A stretch of 37,575 nucleotides of DNA from Candidatus Subterrananammoxibius californiae (GTDB lineage: Bacteria; Planctomycetota; Brocadiia; Brocadiales; Subterrananammoxibiaceae), in contig JAURAC010000031.1 of NCBI GenBank assembly GCA_030586555.1, positions 1 through 37,575 on the forward strand, read 5' to 3'. The notes beneath the pieces were generated by a model. It did no database searches, was not told where the DNA came from, and saw only the letters and a program-made list of their open reading frames with translations. The translations under genes and the position numbers were made by a program. Below are positions 17,941 to 27,431 of this stretch, in pieces. Within the stretch, counting starts at the first letter, position 1. Each line of letters starts with the position of its first letter.

Positions 17941-18399
17941 TTACTCCTTTACTTTCCCAAAAACAAAATTTCCTATCAATTTTTCTAAATCAATCGGTGG
18001 TTCGGTATCATGTAATGTAGCGCCAGGCTGTATCAATACATCTGCTCCTCCAGGGGAGATTTCTACGTACTTTTCTCCCAGAAGTCCTTTGGTGCGGATG
18101 GAGGCAATAGCGTCTTCCTGTAGTTCTATATCGTCTCGAATAAGTAAGGTAACTACAGCCTCATAATCATCATTTAGCCCGATATCATCAACCTTACCCA
18201 CTTCAACCCCTGCTATTTCAACCACAGTATCTTTTTTGAGTCCTTTGACAGAGCTAAAGACAGCCTTTACAGGATAATAATTGTTACCTATCAGGTTAAA
18301 CTTTCCCAGCTTTACAGATATATAAGCCATGCAAAGTATGCCCAAAAAAACAAAAATACCAACGGCAATTTCAACATCAAATTTCTTCATGTTTGCCAC
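17941..18399 (-). CDS. mlaD: MlaD MCE-domain protein
   Basis: VGIFV, GLKKDTVVEIAGVEVGKV, IRTKGLLGEKYVEISPGG. Confidence 0.93.
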   Translation of the reverse strand: MANMKKFDVEIAVGIFVFLGILCMAYISVKLGKFNLIGNNYYPVKAVFSSVKGLKKDTVVEIAGVEVGKVDDIGLNDDYEAVVTLLIRDDIELQEDAIASIRTKGLLGEKYVEISPGGADVLIQPGATLHDTEPPIDLEKLIGNFVFGKVKE

Positions 18400-18427
18400 C
18401 TTTTATATTATTTTATTGGGAACGCAT

Positions 18428-19186
18428 TCATGCCACGGGAATAGGGCCTTCCAGTTCTCCATGAATGAACTGATGAATCACAGGGTCTTTGGAGGTATTT
18501 ATTTCATCTGGCGTGCCAACTGCAATAATTTTCCCATCATATAACATGGCAACACGGTCTACAAGGGAAAAAATTGCCGGAATCTCATGTGTAACTATAA
18601 TAGAGGTAAATTTTAGATTCTTCTGACACTCACTGATCAATTTATGTATTGCTTTGCCTATTAAGGGGTCAAGACCTGTTGTCGGTTCGTCAAAAAGGAC
18701 TATCTCGGGGTTCATAACCAAACAGCGGGCAAGGGCAACCCGTTTTTTCATACCACCGCTTATCTCGGCTGGATATTTATTCTCTTCACCTGAGAGGCCG
18801 ACTCTGGCTAACTCCTTTAATACTGAATCCCGAATTTGCAAAGCGTTCATCCTGGTCTTTTCCATGAGAGGAAATGCAACATTCTCAAATACCGTGAGGG
18901 AATCGAAAAGGGCACTTCCCTGAAAAACAATGCCAAATCGTTCTTTTAATCGTTTAAGCAACTTCCCTCTAAGCTTGCTGATATCCTGATTATCTATTAG
19001 AATCTTACCTCGGTCTGGTCTCGTAAGGCCTATAATATGCTTCAGCAGTATTGATTTTCCCTTACCACTACCTCCAATCAAGGCTAAGGTTTGCCCTTTT
19101 TCTACCTTTAAGTTAACACCCCGAAGTACCTCACGGCCGTTAAAACTTTTGTATAAATCGATAACCTCAATCATGTGCGTATCCAT
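18428..19186 (-). CDS. mlaF: MlaF ABC ATPase
   Basis: GGSGKGKS, FQGSALFDSLTVFENVAFPL, ISGGMKKRVALAR, DEPTTGLDP. Confidence 0.93.
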   Translation of the reverse strand: MDTHMIEVIDLYKSFNGREVLRGVNLKVEKGQTLALIGGSGKGKSILLKHIIGLTRPDRGKILIDNQDISKLRGKLLKRLKERFGIVFQGSALFDSLTVFENVAFPLMEKTRMNALQIRDSVLKELARVGLSGEENKYPAEISGGMKKRVALARCLVMNPEIVLFDEPTTGLDPLIGKAIHKLISECQKNLKFTSIIVTHEIPAIFSLVDRVAMLYDGKIIAVGTPDEINTSKDPVIHQFIHGELEGPIPVA

Positions 19187-19187
19187 A

Positions 19188-19970
19188 CTATGTTACTAAT
19201 ACAGACGTCATAAAATAATCCCATATCAGGATAGTAACCGAAGAAAGCACCACAGCCTGGGTGGTTGCCTTGCTTACACCTTCTGCCCCATATCCTGCAA
19301 AATATCCCTTGTAACAGCTTATCCAAGTTATTAACATACCGAAGCTTAAGGATTTGTATAAACCCTCAAGGATATCTTGAGCGCTAACAAAATCCCTGAT
19401 TCCACCAAAATAGGTTCCACTGGACATGCCCATGAGTCCCACGCCCACAGAATATCCCCCAAAAACGCCAACCACAACAAACATAGCATTTAAGAGAGGA
19501 AGCGATATTATGCCTGCCAGTAAATTAGGAATGACCAAATACTTGTATGGATTTAAAGCCATGGCATCAAGGGCGTCAATTTGCTCGGATATTCTCATAA
19601 TGCCAATTTCAGCCGTTAATGCAGAACCTGCTCGTCCAGTAACCATCAAAGCAGAAATAACCGGCCCTAATTCCCGTATCAATGACAATGCTACCACAGG
19701 ACCCAGCGTGGCTTCAGCACCAAACTTGACTAAAACGTAAAAGGTCTGTAATGCCAGAACCATCCCTGTAAATGAACCTGTCAGCACAATGACTAAAATA
19801 GTTTTTACACCAATAAAATTAACTTGCTTAATAATTCTATGTATCAAGTACGGTGGGAAAAACATCCAGAACAAGGATATAGCAAGAAAACATATCATTG
19901 CCCCTAATTCCCTTATGAACTTGTGGGTAAAATGTCCAATAATTTTAAATGGGGTAAGGAACAATTTCAT
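19188..19970 (-). CDS. mlaE: MlaE ABC permease
   Basis: GMVLALQ, RELGPV..GRAGSALTAEIG.MRISEQIDALDAM, GAEGVSKATT.AVV. Confidence 0.95.
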   Translation of the reverse strand: MKLFLTPFKIIGHFTHKFIRELGAMICFLAISLFWMFFPPYLIHRIIKQVNFIGVKTILVIVLTGSFTGMVLALQTFYVLVKFGAEATLGPVVALSLIRELGPVISALMVTGRAGSALTAEIGIMRISEQIDALDAMALNPYKYLVIPNLLAGIISLPLLNAMFVVVGVFGGYSVGVGLMGMSSGTYFGGIRDFVSAQDILEGLYKSLSFGMLITWISCYKGYFAGYGAEGVSKATTQAVVLSSVTILIWDYFMTSVLVT

Positions 19971-20033
19971 TTTTTCTCTAAGATAACCTTGTTAGTTAAA
20001 AAATTTTTTTAGCCTGTCGCATATCAGTGCCCT

Positions 20034-20627
20034 CTAATTAGGGTCAGGCCGCTCTGTACACGGTTTGTCACCAGGGCCCGGCAATGGGGCTTTAGCTCCA
20101 CCACCAGCTTCCCCTTCGAGAAGGACTTCGAGGCTGGGATAAGCATATATTGTCAAACCACCAGTATCAGCCGTAGGACCGTAGGTGCTGTAAATTTCTC
20201 GCCCCAACATGCGCAGCATTATCGTCAGTTGTCCCCTGTGATGTGCTGTATGGGTTAGCCTCCTTGTCATGACCCAAGCCCGGGAGCGCTTAACATCAAA
20301 GAACGATACTTCCCCCTCCCACCAGGCTTTGTCCTTCTCTTTCAAAGCTGCAAGGCGTTTTCCAGAATCCTCAGCATAACGTTTGATAAATTCCAAACGA
20401 GTTTCCTGCTCAGGTAAAGGCGGCGCACCGACATTGATTCCCAGCATGTTGCAAAACCAACGGTCCTCGCTTACGCACTGATGCACCATCTGCTCGTGGG
20501 CATTCCTTCCCCGCTTATCATGCAGGCGGGGACGTACACGAAGGTCCTCATCCCTGAACATACTCCAGACACTTAGTGTCTTAATGCGTTCGGTTTCGTA
20601 GGTATCAATTAAGAATTCGTATTCCAT
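20034..20627 (-). CDS. DinB/YfiT family putative metalloenzyme
   Basis: EQMVHQC..E..W and HTAHHRGQL His motifs. Confidence 0.85.
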   Translation of the reverse strand: MEYEFLIDTYETERIKTLSVWSMFRDEDLRVRPRLHDKRGRNAHEQMVHQCVSEDRWFCNMLGINVGAPPLPEQETRLEFIKRYAEDSGKRLAALKEKDKAWWEGEVSFFDVKRSRAWVMTRRLTHTAHHRGQLTIMLRMLGREIYSTYGPTADTGGLTIYAYPSLEVLLEGEAGGGAKAPLPGPGDKPCTERPDPN

Positions 20628-20687
20628 GTGAAGTTTTTTCTTGTAGTGCTTACCAAAGCAGTATAGTCATATGAATAAGCGGAAAGG

Positions 20688-20772
20688 AAAGGCTAAGAGA
20701 CTAAGAGGCTAAAAGGTTAAAAAGTATTCTCTTTTTGCCTCTTCGCCTTTTTACCTTTTAGCCTTTTCGCCT
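20688..20772. repeat. Octamer (AGGCTAAA) inverted array element
   Basis: aggctaag agactaag aggctaaa aggttaaa - aagtattctcttttt - gcctcttc gccttttt acctttta gccttttc gcct. Same unit at 32957-32998. Confidence 0.8.
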
Positions 20773-20777
20773 ATTGT

Positions 20778-21965
20778 TTATGCCGATAATATCTTTTCCA
20801 ACTTGTCCATACCTTCCTCAATTGCATCCATTGAGGTTGCGTAAGAGATGCGAATATGATTATCGGAGCCAAATGGTTCCCCGGGCACAAAGGCTATCCT
20901 CGCCTTTTCAAGCAGAAGGTCAACAAGATGCGATGGGTTTTTTGGTATTGTACCGGCAATGGAACGATTGTACAGGGCAGAGACGTTAGGGAAGGCATAG
21001 AATGCACCCCGTGGCGTGAGGCAGCAGATGTCAGGAATAGCATTAAGCCTTCCTACTATGTACCTTCTTCTCTTATCAAATTCTTCCACCATCTTTGCCA
21101 CGCTGCCCTGGTCACCCTTAAGCGCCGCCAAGCCAGCCTTCTGGGCAATGGAGTTTGCGTTAGAGCTGACATGGTCCTGTATCTTAGTTGCGGCTTCAAT
21201 GACTTCCTTTGGCCCTGCTGCATAACCCAGTCGCCAGCCTGTCATAGCGTACGACTTAGAGAATCCGTTTACCGTAATTACCTTTTTCATAAATTCATCG
21301 CCAAACGATGCCGGGCTTGCATGCTTTACACCGTCGTAGATAATATTTTCGTAAATTTCGTCTGATAAGACATAAAGACCCTTTTCTACCGCATAACCAA
21401 CTATCTTCCGAAGCTCAGACTCGCTATACACTGTGCCAGTAGGATTACTGGGACTATTCATAATGAGCAGTTTTGTCTTTGGCGTTATTGCGTTTTCAAG
21501 TAATTCCACAGAAATATTAAAATTGTTCTCATCCCATGTCTTGAGGAAGATAGGCGTTGCGCCAGCCATCTTGACCTGTTCGGGATAGCTTACCCAGTAA
21601 GGAGATGGTATTAAGACCTCGTCGCCTTTATCGCAAAGCACAAGGATTATATTAAGTATTGCCTGCTTGGCGCCGCAGGAGACTATGACCTGCGAGGGGG
21701 AATATTTTAGTTTATTATCCCTCCAGAGCTTCTCACAAATAGCCTCCTTGAGCTCTGGCATGCCCGATGTGGGGGTATATTTTGTAAAGCCATCGCGAAT
21801 TGCCTTTATTGCAGCCTCTTTTATATGCTCAGGGGTATCAAAATCAGGCTCACCCATACCAAAGCCAATCACCTTGATACCCCTCATAGAAAGCTCTTTT
21901 ACCTTTGTCCCAACCTTTACAGTGGCAGAGGGTGCAATTTCCTGGGCAATCCTTGAATATGACAT
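20778..21965 (-). CDS. aspC: Aspartate aminotransferase (class I/II PLP)
   Basis: GEPDFDTP, PYWVSY, NSPSNPTG, SDEIY, NGFSKSYAMTGWRLGY. AGGAGG RBS. Confidence 0.9.
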   Translation of the reverse strand: MSYSRIAQEIAPSATVKVGTKVKELSMRGIKVIGFGMGEPDFDTPEHIKEAAIKAIRDGFTKYTPTSGMPELKEAICEKLWRDNKLKYSPSQVIVSCGAKQAILNIILVLCDKGDEVLIPSPYWVSYPEQVKMAGATPIFLKTWDENNFNISVELLENAITPKTKLLIMNSPSNPTGTVYSESELRKIVGYAVEKGLYVLSDEIYENIIYDGVKHASPASFGDEFMKKVITVNGFSKSYAMTGWRLGYAAGPKEVIEAATKIQDHVSSNANSIAQKAGLAALKGDQGSVAKMVEEFDKRRRYIVGRLNAIPDICCLTPRGAFYAFPNVSALYNRSIAGTIPKNPSHLVDLLLEKARIAFVPGEPFGSDNHIRISYATSMDAIEEGMDKLEKILSA

Positions 21966-21989
21966 AGTCCTCCTTTTACCGAAAATCCG

Positions 21990-22087
21990 AAATCCGAAAC
22001 AAGCTGTTTCGTGCTTCGGATTTCGTATTTTGGGTTTTTAAATAAATATCTTCCCCGGGTTCATAATACCCTTGGGGTCGAATAATC
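21990..22087 (+). repeat. Left copy of a 98-bp direct repeat (heptamer hairpin plus duplicated glcD 3' end)
   Basis: Gapless match to 22711-22808 at offset 721. 22032-22087 vs 22753-22808 has 1 mismatch in 56 nt. Confidence 0.92.
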
Positions 22088-22114
22088 CAGAATGTGCCCT
22101 AACCTCGGATTTAT

Positions 22115-22387
22115 TTAGGCAATCCGCTCAAGCCTCAACTTTTCTATTCGTGAGCGTACTGGTCTTAACTCAGTGACTGTGACGTACACAAGGGGTGTAT
22201 CATTTTCAGCTACTCTACGAGCCGCTTCTCTTGCCCAGTTATTAAATTCCTCATCCCCCTCGAGTTGCATAACGACAAGGGCATTGTCAGGTATTTTATC
22301 GGCAAATTCAACATGGTCTAAAATGTATCTGTCAAATTCCTTAACAAGCATGCGATTTTTCTCTGCGAATCTATTTTTGTCTGTCAT
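22115..22387 (-). CDS. Small protein, DUF5647-like, putative antitoxin
   Basis: KN..LVKEFDRYILDHVEFADKIPDNALVV pattern. Overlaps the upstream gene (ATGA). Confidence 0.65.
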   Translation of the reverse strand: MTDKNRFAEKNRMLVKEFDRYILDHVEFADKIPDNALVVMQLEGDEEFNNWAREAARRVAENDTPLVYVTVTELRPVRSRIEKLRLERIA

Positions 22388-22695
22388 GGAAAATATCCTT
22401 TCAAAAAATTCTCTCTATAAATTTCCCAGTTTTCGTTAATATCGTCGTCTGCCAAAGTTAAAGCATTTCCATAATCAAGATAAAGATTTATCTTCCTGCA
22501 TTGTCCTTTAATATTATAACAGTCCTTATGCGCATAATCATGCACACAATCATAACGTATTACTTCTTTCCATATACCACCTATTTTTACTTCAAGTTGT
22601 ACAGTAAATTTTATAATTCTACCACCCTCGGTATAGTGGTAATGTCTTTTTCTTGCATCTATATCAAGCATTATTAAATACTGTTTTTCTGGCAT
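22384..22695 (-). CDS. Small protein, DUF7718-like, putative toxin
   Basis: FTVQLE..WKEVIRYDCVHDYAHKD..A.DDI.ENW pattern. Forms a bicistron with the downstream 90-aa ORF; AT-rich. Confidence 0.6.
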   Translation of the reverse strand: MPEKQYLIMLDIDARKRHYHYTEGGRIIKFTVQLEVKIGGIWKEVIRYDCVHDYAHKDCYNIKGQCRKINLYLDYGNALTLADDDINENWEIYRENFLKGYFP

Positions 22696-22710
22696 TATTC
22701 ATATTATTAA

Positions 22711-22808
22711 AAATCCGAAAAAGGCTGTTTCGGATTTCGATATTTGGATTTCGGGTTTTTAAATAAATATCTTTCCCGGGTTCATAATACCCTTGGGGTC
22801 GAATAATC
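22711..22808 (+). repeat. Right copy of the 98-bp direct repeat, containing the functional glcD stop
   Basis: See 21990-22087. Confidence 0.92.
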
Positions 22809-24168
22809 TTTTTAATCCTTTCATTAGTTCAAGTTCAAGTGGGGGGACTTCGAGTTTCATAAATTCTGCTTTCCTGCTTCCTATTCCATGTTCGCCTGAA
22901 ATAGTACCACCGAGGTCAAGAACCTCGTGGATTATCTCCAGTACCATTCGATGTGCAAGCTCTTGCTGCTCCTGTCCTTGTTGATACATGAGATTTACAT
23001 GTATGTTGCCATCACCGATGTGACCAAAACTTACCACGTCTATCGGATAATCTGGTTTAATCTTATCAATCCTTTGCAGCAAATCTGTTACTTTACTACG
23101 GGGTACACAGAAATCCTCATTGAGCTTCACGGGGGCAATTGAATATAAGGCGGGGGAAAGGGACCTTCTTACCGCCCAGAGGTTGTTTCTTTCATCAGAT
23201 GTTCTGGAGATTATGGTTTGAAACGCATTATTCCTCTTGCAGGATTCTTCAACTATTGATAATTGTCGTTGGATGCCGTCTTTGTTTCCATCAACATCTA
23301 TAAGTAAGAGCGCCTTTACGTCAGGAGGCATACCAACATCTTTGTACTTTCGTACACTGTTTATGCTTGCCTCATCCATAAATTCAAGGGCACGCGGCAA
23401 AATATGATGGTTAATTATATCACCGGCAGCCTCGGAGGCATCTTCCGTAGTGTGGAAGTAGGCTAATAAAGTTTCTACCTTTTCAGGAAGGGGGATAAGT
23501 CTTACCGTAATCTTTGTAAAGATGCCCAGCGTGCCTTCTGAACCTACAAGTAGACGGGTAAGGTCGTAGCCTGTAACGCTTCTTAACGTTTTACGCCCTG
23601 TTTGTATAATATTTCCATCTGGCAGAACGACCTCAAGGGCAAGCACATAATCCCTTGTAACACCATACTTTAAACTGGTCATACCACCGGCGCATTCCGC
23701 CACATTTCCTCCTATAGTTGAAAATTCAGCGCTGGATGGGTCTGGTGGGTAGAATAATTTGTACTTTGCTGCCTCGTTCTGGAAATCCCTTGTAATTACC
23801 CCTGGCTCCACGGTAGCTATAAGGTCTCCCGGTAGTATTTCGATAATCTTATTCATCTTCATGAGGTCTAATACTATACCGCCATAAATAGGTACGGCGC
23901 CTCCTGATAGACCTGTTCCTGCCCCACGAGGATAAACTGGGATGAGATATTCGTTTGCAATCTTCAGTGTTTCTGCTATCTGATTTGTCAAAACCGGCTT
24001 CACAACAACGTCAGGAATTACCTTATCCTTTGTACCGTCGTATGCGTAACAGATTCTATCTTCTATCTCGGCAAAGACCGCATCCTTACCCACCTTACCT
24101 TGAAGCAACCTTAAGAGGTCTGGTTTAAGTGAGGAACGAGGCTTTAGCATTTCTTTTAGCGTTTTCAT
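22759..24168 (-). CDS. glcD: FAD-linked oxidase, GlcD/D-lactate dehydrogenase family
   Basis: PRGAGTGLSGGA, YPPDPSS..STIGGN, KYGVTRDYV, GSEGTLG, FGHIGDGNIH, SGEHGIG, FDPKGIMNPGK. Start uncertain. Confidence 0.85.
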   Translation of the reverse strand: MKTLKEMLKPRSSLKPDLLRLLQGKVGKDAVFAEIEDRICYAYDGTKDKVIPDVVVKPVLTNQIAETLKIANEYLIPVYPRGAGTGLSGGAVPIYGGIVLDLMKMNKIIEILPGDLIATVEPGVITRDFQNEAAKYKLFYPPDPSSAEFSTIGGNVAECAGGMTSLKYGVTRDYVLALEVVLPDGNIIQTGRKTLRSVTGYDLTRLLVGSEGTLGIFTKITVRLIPLPEKVETLLAYFHTTEDASEAAGDIINHHILPRALEFMDEASINSVRKYKDVGMPPDVKALLLIDVDGNKDGIQRQLSIVEESCKRNNAFQTIISRTSDERNNLWAVRRSLSPALYSIAPVKLNEDFCVPRSKVTDLLQRIDKIKPDYPIDVVSFGHIGDGNIHVNLMYQQGQEQQELAHRMVLEIIHEVLDLGGTISGEHGIGSRKAEFMKLEVPPLELELMKGLKRLFDPKGIMNPGKIFI

Positions 24169-24251
24169 ATTTCTAATCCACAAGCTGGCTTTGCTTGTCC
24201 TTAGTCTATCAAATCAGAATAAAGTATATCAATAACCTAACCCTTTTTCAA

Positions 24252-24281
24252 TTGACAATTTTGAAGCGTGATTGATATAAT
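24252..24281 (+). promoter_or_regulatory. Sigma70 consensus promoter for the CNNM genes
   Basis: TTGACA-18 nt-TATAAT with TGn, followed by AAGGAGGT RBS. Confidence 0.7.
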
Positions 24282-24308
24282 TTATGTTGACGTAAGGAGG
24301 TATCAAAC

Positions 24309-25646
24309 TTGGAAGATGGCAGTTTGTTCTTAATATCACACATACCAGAGTTTCTTTTGCTTTTTCTCTTACTCTGTTTGTCTGCATTTTTCTCCGCTTC
24401 AGAGGCGGCGTTATTTTCACTTACCAGGGAAGAAGTGAAGGGTCTAAAGTCGGAACACTCGCCTATTAATAAACTTATAACGCAACTACTTGATGACCCA
24501 AGATCATTGCTGATTACAATCTTGTGTGGAAATATGCTTGCAAATATAGGCTATTTCAGCTTGTCTTACGGACTGATTAACGACATCATTATTAAGGGCG
24601 ATTTCGGTGTGGTACTGGCGGTTGGAGGAGTAAGCATCGGGGTATTATTGGTTCTAATAATACTGGGGGAGGTGATGCCGAAAAGCATCGCAGTAAAAAT
24701 CCCGCTCCGTATCTCCCAACTCGTTGCTCTACCAATATACTTCTTAAAGAAGGTACTACTGCCCATCCGCGTACCATTGAAGTTTATAGTTGACGGCTTG
24801 CGTTTCATCTTCGGTAAAAAACACGATAAAGAAAAGCATGTAACGGTAGATGAGCTAAAGATGCTTGTAGAGTTCAGTGAAAAGCAGGGAATGGTTGATA
24901 AGCGTGAACGCAAGATGATTCATGCTGCGTTAGACTTTGGTATTATTCAAGTTAAGGAAGTCATGGTCCCCAGGGTTGACGTTACCTTTTACGACCTCGC
25001 CGACACTGCAAAGGGTTTTATGAGCCTGGTGCGCCGAATAGGGCATAAGAAAATACCCGTTTACGAAGACACCGTAGATAACATTGTGGGTATTATCCAT
25101 GCCAAAGATGTCTTCCTGAATCCCAATGCTAACCTGAGAGATTTTGTACGTCCAATACAGTTTGTGCCTGAGTCTCAAACCGTAGAAAGCCTTCTAAGGC
25201 AATTTCGCAAGCAACACACGCAGGTGGCAATAGTGGTTGATGAGTACGGTGGAACTGCCGGGCTTATAACCCTTGAGGATATCCTTGAGGAGATTGTAGG
25301 GGAAATATTAGATGAGTTTGACCGACATGAGGAACCCATAAAGAAGTTAGATGGGAGCAGGTACTTTGTTGCTGGCAACCTTAATATCTATGACTGGAGC
25401 GACCACTTTGGAGTCGAATTGGAAGCTCCAGAGTGTGACACGGTGGGAGGGTTTGTGGTATCACTACTTGGCCGCATCCCACAAAATGGCGATAGGGTGG
25501 AGTACAAGGACTTTGTCTTTACCGTAGAAAATGTAAAAAAAAGAAGGATTACAAGGCTGCTACAAGAGTCAGGAGTCAGGCGTCAGGAGTCAGGAGTCGA
25601 GACTCAGAACTTACAACCCAAGACTCAAGACTCAAGAAGGTTTTGA
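24309..25646 (+). CDS. CNNM/DUF21-CBS-CorC (HlyC/CorB family) transporter
   Basis: [51 protein letters not shown], CorC domain. TTG start. Confidence 0.92.
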   Translation: MEDGSLFLISHIPEFLLLFLLLCLSAFFSASEAALFSLTREEVKGLKSEHSPINKLITQLLDDPRSLLITILCGNMLANIGYFSLSYGLINDIIIKGDFGVVLAVGGVSIGVLLVLIILGEVMPKSIAVKIPLRISQLVALPIYFLKKVLLPIRVPLKFIVDGLRFIFGKKHDKEKHVTVDELKMLVEFSEKQGMVDKRERKMIHAALDFGIIQVKEVMVPRVDVTFYDLADTAKGFMSLVRRIGHKKIPVYEDTVDNIVGIIHAKDVFLNPNANLRDFVRPIQFVPESQTVESLLRQFRKQHTQVAIVVDEYGGTAGLITLEDILEEIVGEILDEFDRHEEPIKKLDGSRYFVAGNLNIYDWSDHFGVELEAPECDTVGGFVVSLLGRIPQNGDRVEYKDFVFTVENVKKRRITRLLQESGVRRQESGVETQNLQPKTQDSRRF

Positions 25647-25648
25647 CA

Positions 25649-26620
25649 ATGATTGGATATTTTTTTGTCGGACTATTTATATTGTTCTCGTTTCTTTATT
25701 CTGGCGCAGAAACGGGTGTTTACTGTATCAATCGCATTAAACTGCGCTACAAGGCAAACCGCGGCTTGTGGGCGGCAAAGACTATTCACAGGCTCCTTGA
25801 GGATGCCCAAGCCCTCGTATGCACCATCCTTGTTGGCAATAATATTGTGAACTACGCAGCAACAGCCTTCTTCATTTTTGCACTGGAAAATACCTTCTCG
25901 CCGCATAAGGCAGAACTGCTTGCAACGCTAATCCTTACACCCATTATCTTAGTATTCGGTGAGCTGCTACCGAAAAGCATTTTCCAGGAAAGGGCAAATA
26001 CTCTGCTCTTTAAGTTTGCGCCAATACTGGATGCATCGTCATATATTTTTAAGCCTGTTGTTGTTCTACTTACAAAGATAAACAGAATACCCCATTTCTT
26101 TCTTAAGGATACAGGGCGGACAAGAAACCCATTCTTTAGCCCGCAGCGATTGGGATATTTTCTTAGCGAAGGAGCGGAAGCAGGTGTGGTTACGCCGTAC
26201 CAAAACCTCATGGCAAAAAACATCATGAATCTGGGTCAGGTACCCTTAAGAAATGTTATGATTCCACTTAAGGACGTTGCATTAATCCCCAGCACCATAA
26301 GCGGACAATGCCTAACCAATATTGCACGTACAAGAAAATTCTCTCGACTCCCTGTTTATGAGAACTATGAAAGCAATATTATAGGGATACTTAATCTCTT
26401 CGACTTCCTCAGCACAAATGGTTCAAAACCCGACATAAGGGGCATTATTCGCGGGGCTGCATATCTCGATTCCAATATGCCAATAGACGATGCCCTCTTG
26501 AAACTCCAGCAGTCCAAACAGCACATGGGAATCGTCATTGACCAGGACAAAAAGGCTGTAGGCATTGTAACGATTAAGGACCTCGTTGAGGAGATTGTTG
26601 GAGAGTTGGTAGTCTGGTAG
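25649..26620 (+). CDS. CNNM/DUF21-CBS protein lacking the CorC domain
   Basis: YSGAETG, ILVGNNIVN, FGELLPK, FSRLPVY, GIVTIKDLVEEIVGEL. Confidence 0.9.
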   Translation: MIGYFFVGLFILFSFLYSGAETGVYCINRIKLRYKANRGLWAAKTIHRLLEDAQALVCTILVGNNIVNYAATAFFIFALENTFSPHKAELLATLILTPIILVFGELLPKSIFQERANTLLFKFAPILDASSYIFKPVVVLLTKINRIPHFFLKDTGRTRNPFFSPQRLGYFLSEGAEAGVVTPYQNLMAKNIMNLGQVPLRNVMIPLKDVALIPSTISGQCLTNIARTRKFSRLPVYENYESNIIGILNLFDFLSTNGSKPDIRGIIRGAAYLDSNMPIDDALLKLQQSKQHMGIVIDQDKKAVGIVTIKDLVEEIVGELVVW

Positions 26621-26624
26621 CAAT

Positions 26625-26712
26625 AGAGTTACGAGTTATGAGTTGAGAGTTAAAGGGAAAGAATATTTATTCTTTTTTAACTCAAGACTCGCCACTCTCA
26701 ACTCCTGACTCT
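26625..26712. repeat. Heptamer (GAGTT/AACTC) inverted array directly 5' of tRNA-Ser
   Basis: agagttacgagttatgagttgagagtt - aaagaatatttattctttttt - aactcaagactcgccactctcaactcctgactct. Confidence 0.8.
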
Positions 26713-26717
26713 ATGGT

Positions 26718-26809
26718 GGAGAGGTGTCCGAGAGGCCGAAGGAGCGCGCTTGGAAAGCGCGTAGGCGGGTAAAACTGTCTCCTGGGTTCGAATCCCAGCC
26801 TCTCCGCCA
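26718..26809 (+). tRNA. tRNA-Ser (anticodon GGA)
   Basis: Acceptor GGAGAGG/CCTCTCC-G-CCA, anticodon arm CGCGC-TTGGAAA-GCGCG, long variable arm, GGTTCGAATCC. Confidence 0.97.
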
Positions 26810-26837
26810 ATTTTTGTCTTTGCCAAAAATTGGCAGA

Positions 26838-26912
26838 GAATCGAAAATCGAGATTCGAGATTAGCTGTTAATAGATTTTCGATTCTGTCAAATTTCGATT
26901 ATCGATTTTCAA
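26838..26912. repeat. Heptamer (AATCGAA/TTCGATT) inverted array upstream of the four-helix-bundle gene
   Basis: gaatcgaaaatc (26838-49) / gattttcgattc (26874-85) perfect 12-bp inverted repeat, plus further ttcgatt units. Confidence 0.8.
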
Positions 26913-26916
26913 AACT

Positions 26917-27270
26917 ATGGCATTCATATTTGAAAAATTAGACGTTTATAGGAAAGCCGTAGATTTTGCTGACAAAATCTGCGAGTTAACGAGGGATTTT
27001 CAAAAGGGTAATTATTATTTGCCTGATCAATTAAATCGAGCATCCCTGTCGGTATCTACGAACATAGCCGAAGGCAACGGTAGATATCATAAAGCAGAGA
27101 GAATAAATTTCTTTAGAATCGCTCGTGGCTCTGCGTTTGAGTGCGTGCCGGTTTTAGAGATATGCAAGCGAAAAAAACTAATCAATGAAGATATGAATGA
27201 GACATTGAAGCGGGAAGTGGAAGATATCTGTAAGATGTTGTCTGGTCTAATAAATAGGTTAATAGGTTGA
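26917..27270 (+). CDS. Four helix bundle protein (23S rRNA IVP / TIGR02436-like family)
   Basis: FEKLDVYRKA, DQLNRASLSVSTNIAEG.GR, FFRIARGSAFEC, KMLSGLI. Confidence 0.92.
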   Translation: MAFIFEKLDVYRKAVDFADKICELTRDFQKGNYYLPDQLNRASLSVSTNIAEGNGRYHKAERINFFRIARGSAFECVPVLEICKRKKLINEDMNETLKREVEDICKMLSGLINRLIG

Positions 27271-27431
27271 GTAGATGTGGATTAGGGGGGAATTCCACCC
27301 GCCGAGCCAATCGCGCGCAAAATCAGTTCGGATTTTTTCAAATACACACCGCCAGTTAGAAAAACTAATCAAAGTTTGGTTATTTATAGTTAGATAAAAT
27401 AAGTTAATGGCTTACAAAAAAGGAGAAAAAA

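Noticed and set aside
26917..27270. Diversity-generating retroelement
   Set aside because: There is no reverse transcriptase in the window, and the mismatches in the 98-bp repeat pair are not confined to adenines as in a TR/VR pair.
27278..27312. Possible degenerate copy of the tRNA-Ser 3' end (att site) after the four-helix-bundle gene
   Set aside because: ggggaattccacccgccgagcca is only weakly similar to the tRNA end and there is no integrase, so it cannot be supported.
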